This document shows positions 43,583 to 53,690 of a stretch of DNA of 64,000 bases, in pieces; position 1 is the stretch's first letter, and every line of letters starts with the position of its first letter. The notes under the pieces are model-generated. The model saw only the letters and a list, made by a program, of their open reading frames with translations, searched no databases and had not been told where the DNA came from. The translations under genes were made by a program, and so were the position numbers. The stretch is from a virus, in IMG/VR virus record IMGVR_UViG_3300023094_000009, positions 77,285-141,284 of that record; one strand, written 5' to 3'.

Positions 43583-46117
43583 CTAGTTTGCTTGCACAAT
43601 TGGGGCATTTGCTGCTGCTGCTAATCGGAACAATTCAGTCTCTAGTGGTGCTTCGTCTCCCAATGGAATCAGATAGCTGTAAGAGAGGTCGTTTCCGTTA
43701 TCTGTGTGTCCAAACCCTTGAGTGTACTTGCTTGGATTCATTACAATCTGGTATTCCACCATTTGTGTAAAGTTATCAAACATTACAGATTCTCTTCCAA
43801 GCATTCTGCGTCTCAATACAGATTCTTCTTTAGGAAAACCTTGGAAGTAAATTGAACTTTCGTTTTCACGATCTCTTAGGTTTCCTGCAAGCATATCTCT
43901 TCCTTTTTTCAAAGAAGTACGCTCTACGTTAACTGTTTTGAAGTCGTTTCCAGCAATAGCCATGTCAACATATCCTTCATAGCCTTCAACTGCGAATCCG
44001 GCTGCAACTTTGATGCTTACAGAATCCTCAATAAAAGGGACTTTGTACATCAAACACATGTCTGGATCAAGTGTGAAGAGCTTAGCGCGGATTCGAATAC
44101 CACAAGCACAATCCACTGATGGAGTTGACTCTGCAATATCTTTCCACTCTACATCCAAGAAAGGTTGTGGACGGTCAGCACTGTAAAGATCCCTGAATAC
44201 AGGAGAACATTCTTCACAAGTGATGTTTGTTGGCACTGTAATCAAGTACTGGTTGCGGCATCCAATTCCTGCTGCTACAATTGCTGCGATTGAAACCAAA
44301 GCCCCTGAAACTGTACCTGCCAAGTTAGTTACTACGTTGGCGATTGTTGGTGCTCCAAGTGTGTTTGGAATTGAGAATGTCAACACTCCTGCATTTGCCA
44401 CCACTGCAATTCCTAGTCCTGCCAAAGTAGCACTGTGAGTGGTTACAAAGTTATTTGCAGATGTTGTGAGGTTTGTAGTAAATGTAGCCAAGTAGTTAAC
44501 TGAATTGATTGCTACGTTTGCTGTCCCAGAAGTACCTGTTAGAGTGACAGAATATGCTGTTTTTGGAACTGCTCCTGCTGTGGAAACTATACCTGTAAGA
44601 TTTGTAGCTGTGTTTGCAATAGTTGGATTACCCAAGGCTGTTGGTACTACGAACTTCAAGATTCCTCCTGCTGATGTAACTGTAATTCCCAAGTCCGCTA
44701 AAGCTGTTCCATGCAAAGTGACAAAGTTTGTGGCTGTTGTTGTAAGGTCTGTTGCAAAAGTTGCAAGATAAGGATCTCCATCAATTGTCACCGTTGCAGT
44801 ACCTGAAGTACCTGTCAGGAGAATTAGAGATGAAGTCAACTCACTGGCTGGAGCCAATTCAACTGTGTACTCTGGATAAGCTGCTTGCAACTCTTCCAAA
44901 TAATCACCTCCACAATCAGGATCTTTCAAGTCAATTGTAAACTGCTTGGTAGATGCCTGACAAGTGTCACCTTCAATCCAAGAAATCTCAACTGGATCTG
45001 CATCTGGTGCACAAATCGCCATTGCTTCGCCTACCAAGTCAATCCTCATTGTAGGATAGGTAGTTTGCAAAGTTGTAAGTTGAGTAGCATTCAACAAAGC
45101 GGTTGTCTTAACTGTGTAAGTCCCGATGTTGTCACTACCGCCTTGTCTCACCATTGTTCCACCCACTGCTCCTGGAATTGTTGGGGCTAGAGTTGCGCCA
45201 TCATCATTGATAGTGAAAGAATAGATATAACCTCCTGCAACCAAAGTGTATTCTGCTGGACACTCATCACATTCTGCCATAATTGAACGGAAGGTGATTT
45301 CTACATCTGCTGGTGGTTCAGCTGTTGGAACCATTGTTTGATAGATGGAAATAGATCCTCTTCGTCCAATACGAAACACTGGTGTATCTGTTTGACTCTG
45401 GATGATTGCCAATGATTGTGCATCACCGAGATCGCAATTTTCAAGAGTGTAGAATGTGAATTCATCTTCTCCGATTGGATTATCACAAGAATAGATTGGA
45501 GTGATTTCCAAGATTTCTTTTAGTTTGTATCCTCCACCTGCTTGACGTTCCTTCATTCGCTCAATCAAATTGTCAATGATTGGTTTACATGGGAGCGGTG
45601 TACAAGGATCTTCATCCAAACAAGAGTTGAAAGGAAGTAAGTTACCAACTGGTTCGGAGATGATAATTTTCTCCATGTTTGTGTTACCGCCTCTCCACGG
45701 CATTGAACCTCCATCAAGTTCCATCACAATCGTGAAGTTTTTGTCTGAAGTTGTGAAATCAATTCCTGTGGTCAAATCTGCACCACCGTTATAACCAATA
45801 ACCCACTCATCCACTTTCACTTCATTGCTTACAGGACGGGCTACACGTACTTCCTTAATATCTTCCAGGGCAAAGAACTGTGTAGAACCTGCTCCATAAA
45901 CATAGGAACGTGAGTTTACCCTTTTGTCTGAACCAACTTCAATCTTGAAGTACTTCTGGTTTTTTGGTACATTTAGGTTAGTGGCGTGTCGCAATCCTGT
46001 TGATAGAGGATTTTGAGTTGTTACTACCATTAATTCTCCATCTACCAAGTTAGCATTGTCGCCTGTTTGCTTCACTGCTGTTACAAAGGATGAAAAATTT
46101 GATTCTTTGTTAATCAT
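43583..46117 (-). CDS. Cys-rich structural (auxiliary capsid/decoration-like) protein with two ~76-aa TGTSG repeats
   Basis: Downstream of capsid genes, followed by a terminator; internal duplication at ~44315-44818. Confidence 0.65.
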   Translation of the reverse strand: MINKESNFSSFVTAVKQTGDNANLVDGELMVVTTQNPLSTGLRHATNLNVPKNQKYFKIEVGSDKRVNSRSYVYGAGSTQFFALEDIKEVRVARPVSNEVKVDEWVIGYNGGADLTTGIDFTTSDKNFTIVMELDGGSMPWRGGNTNMEKIIISEPVGNLLPFNSCLDEDPCTPLPCKPIIDNLIERMKERQAGGGYKLKEILEITPIYSCDNPIGEDEFTFYTLENCDLGDAQSLAIIQSQTDTPVFRIGRRGSISIYQTMVPTAEPPADVEITFRSIMAECDECPAEYTLVAGGYIYSFTINDDGATLAPTIPGAVGGTMVRQGGSDNIGTYTVKTTALLNATQLTTLQTTYPTMRIDLVGEAMAICAPDADPVEISWIEGDTCQASTKQFTIDLKDPDCGGDYLEELQAAYPEYTVELAPASELTSSLILLTGTSGTATVTIDGDPYLATFATDLTTTATNFVTLHGTALADLGITVTSAGGILKFVVPTALGNPTIANTATNLTGIVSTAGAVPKTAYSVTLTGTSGTANVAINSVNYLATFTTNLTTSANNFVTTHSATLAGLGIAVVANAGVLTFSIPNTLGAPTIANVVTNLAGTVSGALVSIAAIVAAGIGCRNQYLITVPTNITCEECSPVFRDLYSADRPQPFLDVEWKDIAESTPSVDCACGIRIRAKLFTLDPDMCLMYKVPFIEDSVSIKVAAGFAVEGYEGYVDMAIAGNDFKTVNVERTSLKKGRDMLAGNLRDRENESSIYFQGFPKEESVLRRRMLGRESVMFDNFTQMVEYQIVMNPSKYTQGFGHTDNGNDLSYSYLIPLGDEAPLETELFRLAAAANAPIVQAN

Positions 46118-46168
46118 ATTTTACTTTTGTTAAATTTATTAATTTGTGTGTTTTTGGGGGAAATATTT

Positions 46169-46837
46169 TTATAGTCCGAAGAGTTCGCTGTTTGCTATCT
46201 GGTAGCTTGTTGTATCACCACTTGACATTGAGAACAACTTGACCATAGCCATCACTACTATTGGGACTGCACTTTCTGGAAGTTCTGTGTCTATATCTTG
46301 TGATTCAGTTTTGTCAAGGTGTTTGTACCCAGCAATATCTGCGTCTGGAATCTCCCGATAGTAACTTAATTGTACTTCTGAAAGATTAAAATCTATGTCT
46401 TTGTAGACTGTTAAACCATCTTGTGACATCAAGTACAAAGTTTCTCGGGCGAGAAAGGATGGTTTTGTGAAATTATCGAAAAGGTATTGGTGTACGTTCT
46501 CTGATTTAATCTCATGCGCTAAAAGTATTTTATTCTTACAATTAGCCTTTGTTGCTTTTATTGTGACATTTGAAAATTCAAAATAATCTTCTGGTTTTTC
46601 GTATGTCGTGTATGTTTCACTTTCTTCTGAAACGGATAAAGGCTTGTTTAGAGTAAGGAAAGGAGCCAACATTCTGATGGCATCCTCATTCCTTTTTTCT
46701 AATATGTAATTCTGAAATCGCTTGGTTACAAAATTGAATAGTAATATAAACCTTGCTGTGTCTACATTCAGTTTGTTATTTGTAGCATTCTTTTCAATTA
46801 GTAACCTAAATTGGTCACGGATTTCTTTAACTTTCAT
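46169..46837 (-). CDS. Head-tail ring/adaptor-like protein
   Basis: FTKPSF, LSYYREIP...ELPE motifs; crAss-like position two genes after the capsid gene. Confidence 0.6.
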   Translation of the reverse strand: MKVKEIRDQFRLLIEKNATNNKLNVDTARFILLFNFVTKRFQNYILEKRNEDAIRMLAPFLTLNKPLSVSEESETYTTYEKPEDYFEFSNVTIKATKANCKNKILLAHEIKSENVHQYLFDNFTKPSFLARETLYLMSQDGLTVYKDIDFNLSEVQLSYYREIPDADIAGYKHLDKTESQDIDTELPESAVPIVVMAMVKLFSMSSGDTTSYQIANSELFGL

Positions 46838-47777
46838 CCAACATTAGGGTTTTTTTAAGATCTTGGAGTTCCTTGTTTTCAGAACTGTTTACTTTCTCTG
46901 CTGCGTTTGCAATTGAAGTTCCCAATTCATTGTCACCAAAGTAAATCACTTCGCCAAGCTTTTCAAACCCACTTCCTGACTTTCTCAGTTTTTGTTTGAT
47001 GATGGTGTAAAGTTTTAACTCTTCTGCTGGTTTTTCTGTTGCTGACAAGAACTTTGATCTTGCATTGGTTTGTGGAAGAATGACTTCCCAGAAGTATTCA
47101 TAGATGATGTCATCGTCTACCTCTTTACTGATGTTTGTGGCATCAATGTAATCAAATACGTCAATAAGGAATGATCGTTTTGATTCAAGCAGTGTAGTAA
47201 ACACTTTAGTGGCTTTTGCCTTCTCTCTTACAACAGTGTCTTTTGCTTTTCTCTCGCCGATCAAGTCTTGAGCGATGTATTTAGCGTTGCTGTATTCAGA
47301 GGAATTGTAATTAGCTGAGTGTGCAACTTTTCCCCGCAAAAGCATGAGGTAAAACTTGAACCTTGATTCTGGAAGTGACATATCGAAAATATCATCTTCC
47401 TCAAAATTGAATTTGTATTTGTCGTAGAAATCCAGATCTCCCTTAAGGATAGATTCAGAAATATTAACTTGCTTTGCAAAAGGCTTCAGGACATTTTTAA
47501 CTACATCTGCAACTGTTGCTTTTGCTTCATCCTGCTTAAATTTGTAGTAGATTGAAGTTTCTTCAAAACCTACATCATACTGTCCTCCGTTAGGGTGTCC
47601 TGCTGATTCAACAAATTGTGCTGAAACTGAGTCTCCAATTCCTGGAAGTTTGCTCCAGCCTTTTTCTACGAATTCCTTTGGGGCATCATCATCCCTTTTG
47701 TGTGCTATCTTAAATCGTGAATCTTCAAATACTTCAAATTCACCCCACTTGTACAGTAATTTTCTTTCTTTGCTCAT
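46827..47777 (-). CDS. Head-module protein (316 aa)
   Basis: Immediately after the capsid gene; TACTTTTG promoter at 47795-47802. Confidence 0.7.
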   Translation of the reverse strand: MSKERKLLYKWGEFEVFEDSRFKIAHKRDDDAPKEFVEKGWSKLPGIGDSVSAQFVESAGHPNGGQYDVGFEETSIYYKFKQDEAKATVADVVKNVLKPFAKQVNISESILKGDLDFYDKYKFNFEEDDIFDMSLPESRFKFYLMLLRGKVAHSANYNSSEYSNAKYIAQDLIGERKAKDTVVREKAKATKVFTTLLESKRSFLIDVFDYIDATNISKEVDDDIIYEYFWEVILPQTNARSKFLSATEKPAEELKLYTIIKQKLRKSGSGFEKLGEVIYFGDNELGTSIANAAEKVNSSENKELQDLKKTLMLDES

Positions 47778-47845
47778 AAAGTTTTCTTATGTTGCAAAAG
47801 TACCATAACATACACACCTGTACAAAAAAATGTATTATTTGGTAA

Positions 47846-47886
47846 GATTATCAGGAGGAAATCCAATCGACTCCCTCCGAATAATC
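47846..47886 (-). terminator. Stem-loop after major capsid gene
   Basis: GATTATC-A-GGAGGAAATC / GACTCCCTCC-GAATAATC imperfect inverted repeat; no clear U-tract. Confidence 0.5.
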
Positions 47887-47893
47887 GGTTTAT

Positions 47894-49657
47894 TTATCGA
47901 GCGTAAGTGTTGTCCACTTCGATGATGACATTAGCTGTTGTGTCGAGCATCAACATACCGGAGTGAATAGATACCCAGAACTCCTGACCCATGTATTTCA
48001 AAGCACTTTTGATGTTTGAAACCTGCACCCCGTCATTCATACGTCCTTGCTCATGTCCCCAGATGATGTGTCCAAACTTTGGTTTAACATAGTAAAGATT
48101 GGCTTTTTTATTTCCTCCTTCTACCAGTTTAGCGTTACGTGTTCGCGCTGTTACATTTACTGTGCTTGGATTGTCCATTCCTTCAATCATCAAAGAGTAG
48201 GAAGTTTTCTGGAATCCGCCAAGACCAACAAATCCGTCAATCACTGTGTTGTTTGAAGTGAAGCCTTTAAAGTCAAATGAAGGATCATGTTTAAATGTAA
48301 CCCAACCAACTCCCGGAAGCTGTGCAGTTCTGATCTTAGGCATCCCAACTGTAAGGTTGTTCAAGTCACCTGTGATAAGCTGTCTTCCGCCGTTGTTTAA
48401 ATAACCCATTGTACCTGTAAGGATACCCGGCAATTCACCCAAGCGATTGATTGAATATGTATCAAGCAATCTTTCTCCGTTCATAACTGCCATCTCACCA
48501 CCAATAAAAGTGATTCGTCTTTCATCAAGAGGTGTGTCAGAATTTTTGTAGTAGTAGGAAGCAGCCTCCTGCAAGTGGCTTACGTTCAATGCTCCCGGAC
48601 GTGGATAAGTGATAATCTTACCTCTACGTGCTTGGAACCAAGCTCCTTCTGTAATACGGATAACTCCGTTTGCTGTATGGATGGTTTCTGCTGTTGCAAA
48701 CATGTTCATGAAAGATTCCATGCGGTATGCTTCTGCCAATGCCAATACTTCCAAAGTATTTGATACACGTGACAACTGAAGGTTCCTGTCTGAATCAAGT
48801 CTACCTGTGATAAACAATCCTCGACGGTCGTAACCACCAATTTTGTCCATTTGCTGTTCCCATCTGTCCAAAGTCTCACGGGCAATTTTACCTGCACCAT
48901 AAGTCATCTTGTTACCTCCTGATTTTGTCCAAGCTGCGGTAACACCTTGCTGAGAACCCAAATGCCATTCCATTGAAATATAACCCGGTTCAGCATTGAA
49001 TCCATTAACTGTTGACCACTGCTGATCGTATTCTGCCTGTGGACGACCCAATTTAACCCATTGCGTACCTGCACGAAGCGGTTGACGAGGGAAATCTTTC
49101 TGTGCACTCTGGGAGTTGTAGATCAAGTAAACTTTCCATTTATCTCCTTCTGGCACTACACCACCTTTTTCGCGGGATACATGTACTTGGAAACTTGAGT
49201 TTACATCATATTTCATGATATCACCTGCTGTTGGAGGTTTATCAAAATATACAAAGAATGGTGCTCCACCCACTCCAATGAATTCTGACTGGAAATCTGA
49301 ATCCTGCACCACTGTAAAGTACTCAGAAGATTTTGAAGGAATTGCCAAATCGTAAGTCACTGCCTGATCTTCATCATCCAGTTCCAACACTGCATTTGTC
49401 TTCAACATATCTGCCATTGTGTTCTTTGTTACAAGTCCACTCGTAGCCATAAGTTCAATAACTCCCAGATACTTCTCATGATCTCCACCCCTGTAATCTT
49501 CCTTTGTCAGGAAGTGGGTCAGTGTTTTTGCTTTGTCCGCGAAACCTTCTTTCAACCAACCCGCTTTAGGAGCCATGAAACCAGTTACGTTGTCGCCATT
49601 GATAGACTGACCTAATCCGTAAAGATGTAGGAATTCGTCACTTTTAATTACTGCCAT
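47894..49657 (-). CDS. Major capsid protein (587 aa)
   Basis: Order terminase-portal-acidic scaffold-this gene; size and beta-rich C-terminus consistent with a crAss-like capsid protein. Confidence 0.72.
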   Translation of the reverse strand: MAVIKSDEFLHLYGLGQSINGDNVTGFMAPKAGWLKEGFADKAKTLTHFLTKEDYRGGDHEKYLGVIELMATSGLVTKNTMADMLKTNAVLELDDEDQAVTYDLAIPSKSSEYFTVVQDSDFQSEFIGVGGAPFFVYFDKPPTAGDIMKYDVNSSFQVHVSREKGGVVPEGDKWKVYLIYNSQSAQKDFPRQPLRAGTQWVKLGRPQAEYDQQWSTVNGFNAEPGYISMEWHLGSQQGVTAAWTKSGGNKMTYGAGKIARETLDRWEQQMDKIGGYDRRGLFITGRLDSDRNLQLSRVSNTLEVLALAEAYRMESFMNMFATAETIHTANGVIRITEGAWFQARRGKIITYPRPGALNVSHLQEAASYYYKNSDTPLDERRITFIGGEMAVMNGERLLDTYSINRLGELPGILTGTMGYLNNGGRQLITGDLNNLTVGMPKIRTAQLPGVGWVTFKHDPSFDFKGFTSNNTVIDGFVGLGGFQKTSYSLMIEGMDNPSTVNVTARTRNAKLVEGGNKKANLYYVKPKFGHIIWGHEQGRMNDGVQVSNIKSALKYMGQEFWVSIHSGMLMLDTTANVIIEVDNTYAR

Positions 49658-49684
49658 AGTTTGTTTTTATTCTTTTTTGTGTTT

Positions 49685-50800
49685 TTAGTTTCCAATATTG
49701 AATGTCAATTCGTTGTCAACAACCTTTTCAAAGTTTGTCCTATTTGAAGTTGGCTGTTTTGTAAGCCTTGTCATAGTAATTTTCTTAGCTACATCAAGTT
49801 TATCTTTATTGGTTTCTTCTTTTGTTTTTACTTTTAGATATTCTGCCCTGTCATAAAAGAAGAGAGCTAAATCAGCTGCATCTTCAGGGTTGTTGCGTTG
49901 TAGTTGATATTCGGCATCCATTGCTGTCAATCTGGTTTTATTCCCCCCAGCATCTTCAACATATTCTGTTGCGAATTTTTTCAATTTGGAAATCTGCACA
50001 TCTTTAGTAATTCCTTGCCTTGTTTTAAAAGCCTCCACCAAATTTTTACTGAATTCCTTGTGAGCTTTCTCTTGATTCTTTATTCCTTGCTCTGCTCGTT
50101 CCTTGGCTAATTCAACCTCCTTTTTAAAGGCTACCTCTAAAGCTTCTTTTGCCTTAATGGCTCTGTCTTCCAGAAAACCTTTATTTTTGAGTGCTTCAAT
50201 TGTCAGGTCAATATCAGAAGGCTCCGTACCTTTTTGAGTGTAATACTCAACTAAGATCTGCTCCTGTCCCTCCTCTGTTGAAACATCCATTTGGGATAGA
50301 GGTTCGAGATATTCCTTATGAAGCTTGATGAGTTCATTGGGATTCCCGTTTCGGGCAATGACATCAATAATTTCTTTTTGAGCTTGCTCCAGATTCTTGG
50401 TGGAAATAGAATTACTCTTGATCTCCTCCAACTCTCCTTCATGCTTGTTCTTTATAAGCTGAACCACTGTTTTAAGGTCAAGCTCATCTTTTTCCAAGTC
50501 AAGGGTTTTTATTTCCCCGTTCTCATCTTCGATTTCGATCTGATACCCATCCAGAAATTCTTTGGCAATATCCTTAATGTAAGAGGGTGTTTCTACAACT
50601 ACTTTAGGGACTGCTGGTGGTAATTCTTGTTGCTCCTCTTTTTCCACTAACACCTCTACTTCTTTTTCCTCTTCTTCAATTTCACCTAATTGAATTGATG
50701 TTGTAGGCTGTTCTGTGTTTGGGTTTACTTGCTTATTATGTTCTTCTGGAACTGAATCCAGATTGAATGAACCAAAGAAAGGCTGTTCTCCATTTTCCAT
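49685..50800 (-). CDS. Acidic scaffold-like protein
   Basis: E-rich helical protein between portal and capsid genes. Confidence 0.65.
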   Translation of the reverse strand: MENGEQPFFGSFNLDSVPEEHNKQVNPNTEQPTTSIQLGEIEEEEKEVEVLVEKEEQQELPPAVPKVVVETPSYIKDIAKEFLDGYQIEIEDENGEIKTLDLEKDELDLKTVVQLIKNKHEGELEEIKSNSISTKNLEQAQKEIIDVIARNGNPNELIKLHKEYLEPLSQMDVSTEEGQEQILVEYYTQKGTEPSDIDLTIEALKNKGFLEDRAIKAKEALEVAFKKEVELAKERAEQGIKNQEKAHKEFSKNLVEAFKTRQGITKDVQISKLKKFATEYVEDAGGNKTRLTAMDAEYQLQRNNPEDAADLALFFYDRAEYLKVKTKEETNKDKLDVAKKITMTRLTKQPTSNRTNFEKVVDNELTFNIGN

Positions 50801-50888
50801 GCGAAATTATTTATTTATTTTTGATTTAAAAATTATATTTGTTTTTCAAGATTTTAAAAAGAATCTATATGTTTTTTCTATATAGATT

Positions 50889-52775
50889 TTAATTCTTGTT
50901 TATGATGTTACCTTGTTGCTGAACTTCTATTCCTTTTTCTCTTATGTCAAGTTCTCTTTGTTTTAGTGAGAGTTCGTTTAATGCTCCCATCTTCTTTGCA
51001 TTTATTTCTTCTTGTTTCAGATCAAGTTTTTGAAGTTCTTCTGCGTGTCTGTTGTTTTCCTTTGTGGCGAGAATACTTGTCTTGGCAGCATCTTGAATTA
51101 TTGCCACCTGCCTTCCATCTGCATCATTGTCAACAGCTCTTCCTAAAGCATCAATTTCTTCAACTCGGATTCTATTTGCCCTGTCTTTATCTTTAGACAG
51201 TTCTTCTCGTTGCCACTGTGCTTCGTTATTCTGATTCTGGAGTTCTGCCTGACGTTGGATTTCTGACATCCTGTTTTGATTTTCAAGCTGTGCTCTTTGC
51301 TGTGCAAGTGCCCTTTCTTCTGTTGCCACCTGAATAAGCTCTGAGAATGCATCTGTTGAGATTAGTTTTCCTAACATAAGTGCATCGCCTCCCATTGTAT
51401 TCTGACTTAGGAGATATTGCTTAAGGCTTTCAAATTCTTTTCTCTTGCGTGAATCATCACTCACTGTAAGACCCATTCTCCTAAAAGAGAAATCTGGATC
51501 ATCGGATACACTTGCCCAAGTGAGTTCATTGTATCCGTTTGTATAGTATAGGCTCTTGTCCAGATTTTGTGCCTGCATCCAGTGAGCAATATTCAGGTGT
51601 TGAATCTTGTCTTCCTTTACGAAGCAATTGAAATCATCAAATACTTGTGCCAGCTGATCGTTCATGCTTTCATTGCTGAGAGCCAAACCTTCCTTGTTGA
51701 CATATTTTTCAGCTGACAATGCTTGTCCCGGATTTATTCCTATCACTCCATAAGCTTCCATCTTTGCCCTGTCCGCCACCTGTGTCCTCCATTGTATACC
51801 TTGAAAGTCTGTCAGGTTTACAGGTTGGTGCTGATTGTAGATTGAAGATCCTCCTGAAACATTGTCTGGATTTGTTTGTATAGGTAAGAATTTTGACCTC
51901 TTAGCCAAGTTCCTCATCTGAATGATAGCATCTTCAATGTCTTCTCCGTTTTCTCGGAAATGAGACGGAATACTGTTCACATCAATTGTATCAAACATTC
52001 CAACATCCGTTTCTGCAATCTGGCGGATTCCATTCATCATTAGATTGAACATCTCCTGATGAGGAGAAATCTTGGAAGCCAAAGAAGTTTTTACAATTCC
52101 TGTTACAGGTCTTTTATTATCAAAGGTTGATAAATCCGTAATCTGATTTTCGTGGCGGTCAAATCTCAAATAGAGAGGTTCTTCCAGATATCCTCCCTGA
52201 ATCTTGATAGCCTGATATGTATAAGGCTTACTTTGCCAGACAAGAGTATTTAATTCAAACTCTTTTATCATGTCATTATAAGATTCCTTTATTGTTTGCT
52301 TTATTTCATATTCTTTCAGGAAATCTCCTAGAATATCTTCTGTCACTACATCTGTCTGAGGATTTCCGTATTCATCCTCCCAAGTCAGCCATCCAATTTT
52401 CTCGTGCACTTCAATGTAACATTCTGTGATCTGACAAAGATCTTGACGTATGGAGAATCTTCTTTCCATTTTTTGTGCGCCGTACAAACTGAATGTACCT
52501 GCTCCAGACCTGTTTCTTGGAATAAATCTTGGAGTAGTTTCCCATTCGCCTGATTCATGGTTTGGAAAGTATTGGAGTCCCATAGGAAGTCCTGTCATGT
52601 CCTCCATTTTCTGAGCTACACGTACATCCTGATAATGTGGATATGGAGCCCAATTTTTTGAGTGGAAGTTGTCCCTCATTGCTTTCTGGGGAGATTCCAT
52701 GTTGTACATTTCTCCCATCAGGTCTTTCCATCTTGCATCACCACCCAAAACTGATCTCTTTTCTTTTTCAGTCAT
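50889..52775 (-). CDS. Portal protein, C-terminal part (frameshift-split)
   Basis: Reading frame is open upstream past 52819 (HKTPNQAVSEYGHFMTEK); SKISPHQEMFNLMMN motif, Q-rich coiled-coil tail ending NKN. Confidence 0.75.
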   Translation of the reverse strand: MTEKEKRSVLGGDARWKDLMGEMYNMESPQKAMRDNFHSKNWAPYPHYQDVRVAQKMEDMTGLPMGLQYFPNHESGEWETTPRFIPRNRSGAGTFSLYGAQKMERRFSIRQDLCQITECYIEVHEKIGWLTWEDEYGNPQTDVVTEDILGDFLKEYEIKQTIKESYNDMIKEFELNTLVWQSKPYTYQAIKIQGGYLEEPLYLRFDRHENQITDLSTFDNKRPVTGIVKTSLASKISPHQEMFNLMMNGIRQIAETDVGMFDTIDVNSIPSHFRENGEDIEDAIIQMRNLAKRSKFLPIQTNPDNVSGGSSIYNQHQPVNLTDFQGIQWRTQVADRAKMEAYGVIGINPGQALSAEKYVNKEGLALSNESMNDQLAQVFDDFNCFVKEDKIQHLNIAHWMQAQNLDKSLYYTNGYNELTWASVSDDPDFSFRRMGLTVSDDSRKRKEFESLKQYLLSQNTMGGDALMLGKLISTDAFSELIQVATEERALAQQRAQLENQNRMSEIQRQAELQNQNNEAQWQREELSKDKDRANRIRVEEIDALGRAVDNDADGRQVAIIQDAAKTSILATKENNRHAEELQKLDLKQEEINAKKMGALNELSLKQRELDIREKGIEVQQQGNIINKN

Positions 52776-53632
52776 GAAGTGTCCATATTCTGAGACGGCT
52801 TGGTTTGGTGTCTTGTGTGGAATCTTCCTACATATTGGAAGTTGTTAAGGTAGAGTTCTCCCATGTCGCGGGAGTGAAACACTTCCCTTGAATCCCATAC
52901 GAATGTTTTATAGGTGTCGTAGACTACTTTCGTGATCTTTGCACATAGTCCTGTCAGTAGGTATTGTTTGAACAGTTCTTTATATTGCTCATTAAATTTT
53001 AGTGTTTCTCCGTCCCTTTCCAGAATTTTCTCTCCCCACTGGATTCCCAGAGTCTTGAAGTTGGGGAATTCCTGCATCAGTTTTACAATCTTTGGAGTAA
53101 ACTGTTGTTCGATTGCCTGAAGCTGTTGTTGGTATTGCTGTTCCTGCTCTGGCGTTTCAAATTGCTGACCTGCATCAATATTTATTCCTTGTTGGGCAGC
53201 GCCTAGTTTTACAGCATTTGAAATAATCTCGCTTGCAATCTTGGTGATCTCTCCTTTCTTGTAATTGAGAAATTCATTTTCTGATACCTCTCCTGTTTCA
53301 GTGACGTGGAACTTGTCTTGAAATGCAAGAAATTTTCCAACCAAGGCGTTGATGATTGCACCCAGAATATCGTAGTGACGAATATATGTTGGAATATCCA
53401 AGTCATTATTTATAAAATCAAACGCTTTATCATATCCCGGAATCATCTCCCTCAATTCCCGCGAAGAAAGTGTTCCATCATACATGTCATAAAAATCCTG
53501 ATACTTTTCAAGATTCTCCAGATACTGCTTGAATCCTTCATTTTCCAGAACATCTAAAACAGCTATCTTGTAGTCCTTGCTGATAAGCTTTTTATAGGGT
53601 ACATTGATTAGAGGAGGTAATTCGTACTTCAT
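52772..53632 (-). CDS. Portal protein, N-terminal part (frameshift-split)
   Basis: IRHYDILGAIINALVG motif typical of crAss-like portals; directly after terminase; TAGCTTTG promoter 53637-53644. Confidence 0.75.
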   Translation of the reverse strand: MKYELPPLINVPYKKLISKDYKIAVLDVLENEGFKQYLENLEKYQDFYDMYDGTLSSRELREMIPGYDKAFDFINNDLDIPTYIRHYDILGAIINALVGKFLAFQDKFHVTETGEVSENEFLNYKKGEITKIASEIISNAVKLGAAQQGINIDAGQQFETPEQEQQYQQQLQAIEQQFTPKIVKLMQEFPNFKTLGIQWGEKILERDGETLKFNEQYKELFKQYLLTGLCAKITKVVYDTYKTFVWDSREVFHSRDMGELYLNNFQYVGRFHTRHQTKPSQNMDTS

Positions 53633-53690
53633 TCCACAAAGCTAATGAATCTCCACTTCTTATTAAAAAATATGTACTTTCCTGCAAGTT

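Noticed and set aside
50802-50809. TAATTTCG promoter for the scaffold gene
   Set aside because: Only 1 nt from the ATG, too close for the transcript to include the start codon, and it deviates from consensus.
52800-52830. Canonical programmed -1 ribosomal frameshift in the portal
   Set aside because: No slippery heptamer or obvious stimulatory structure.
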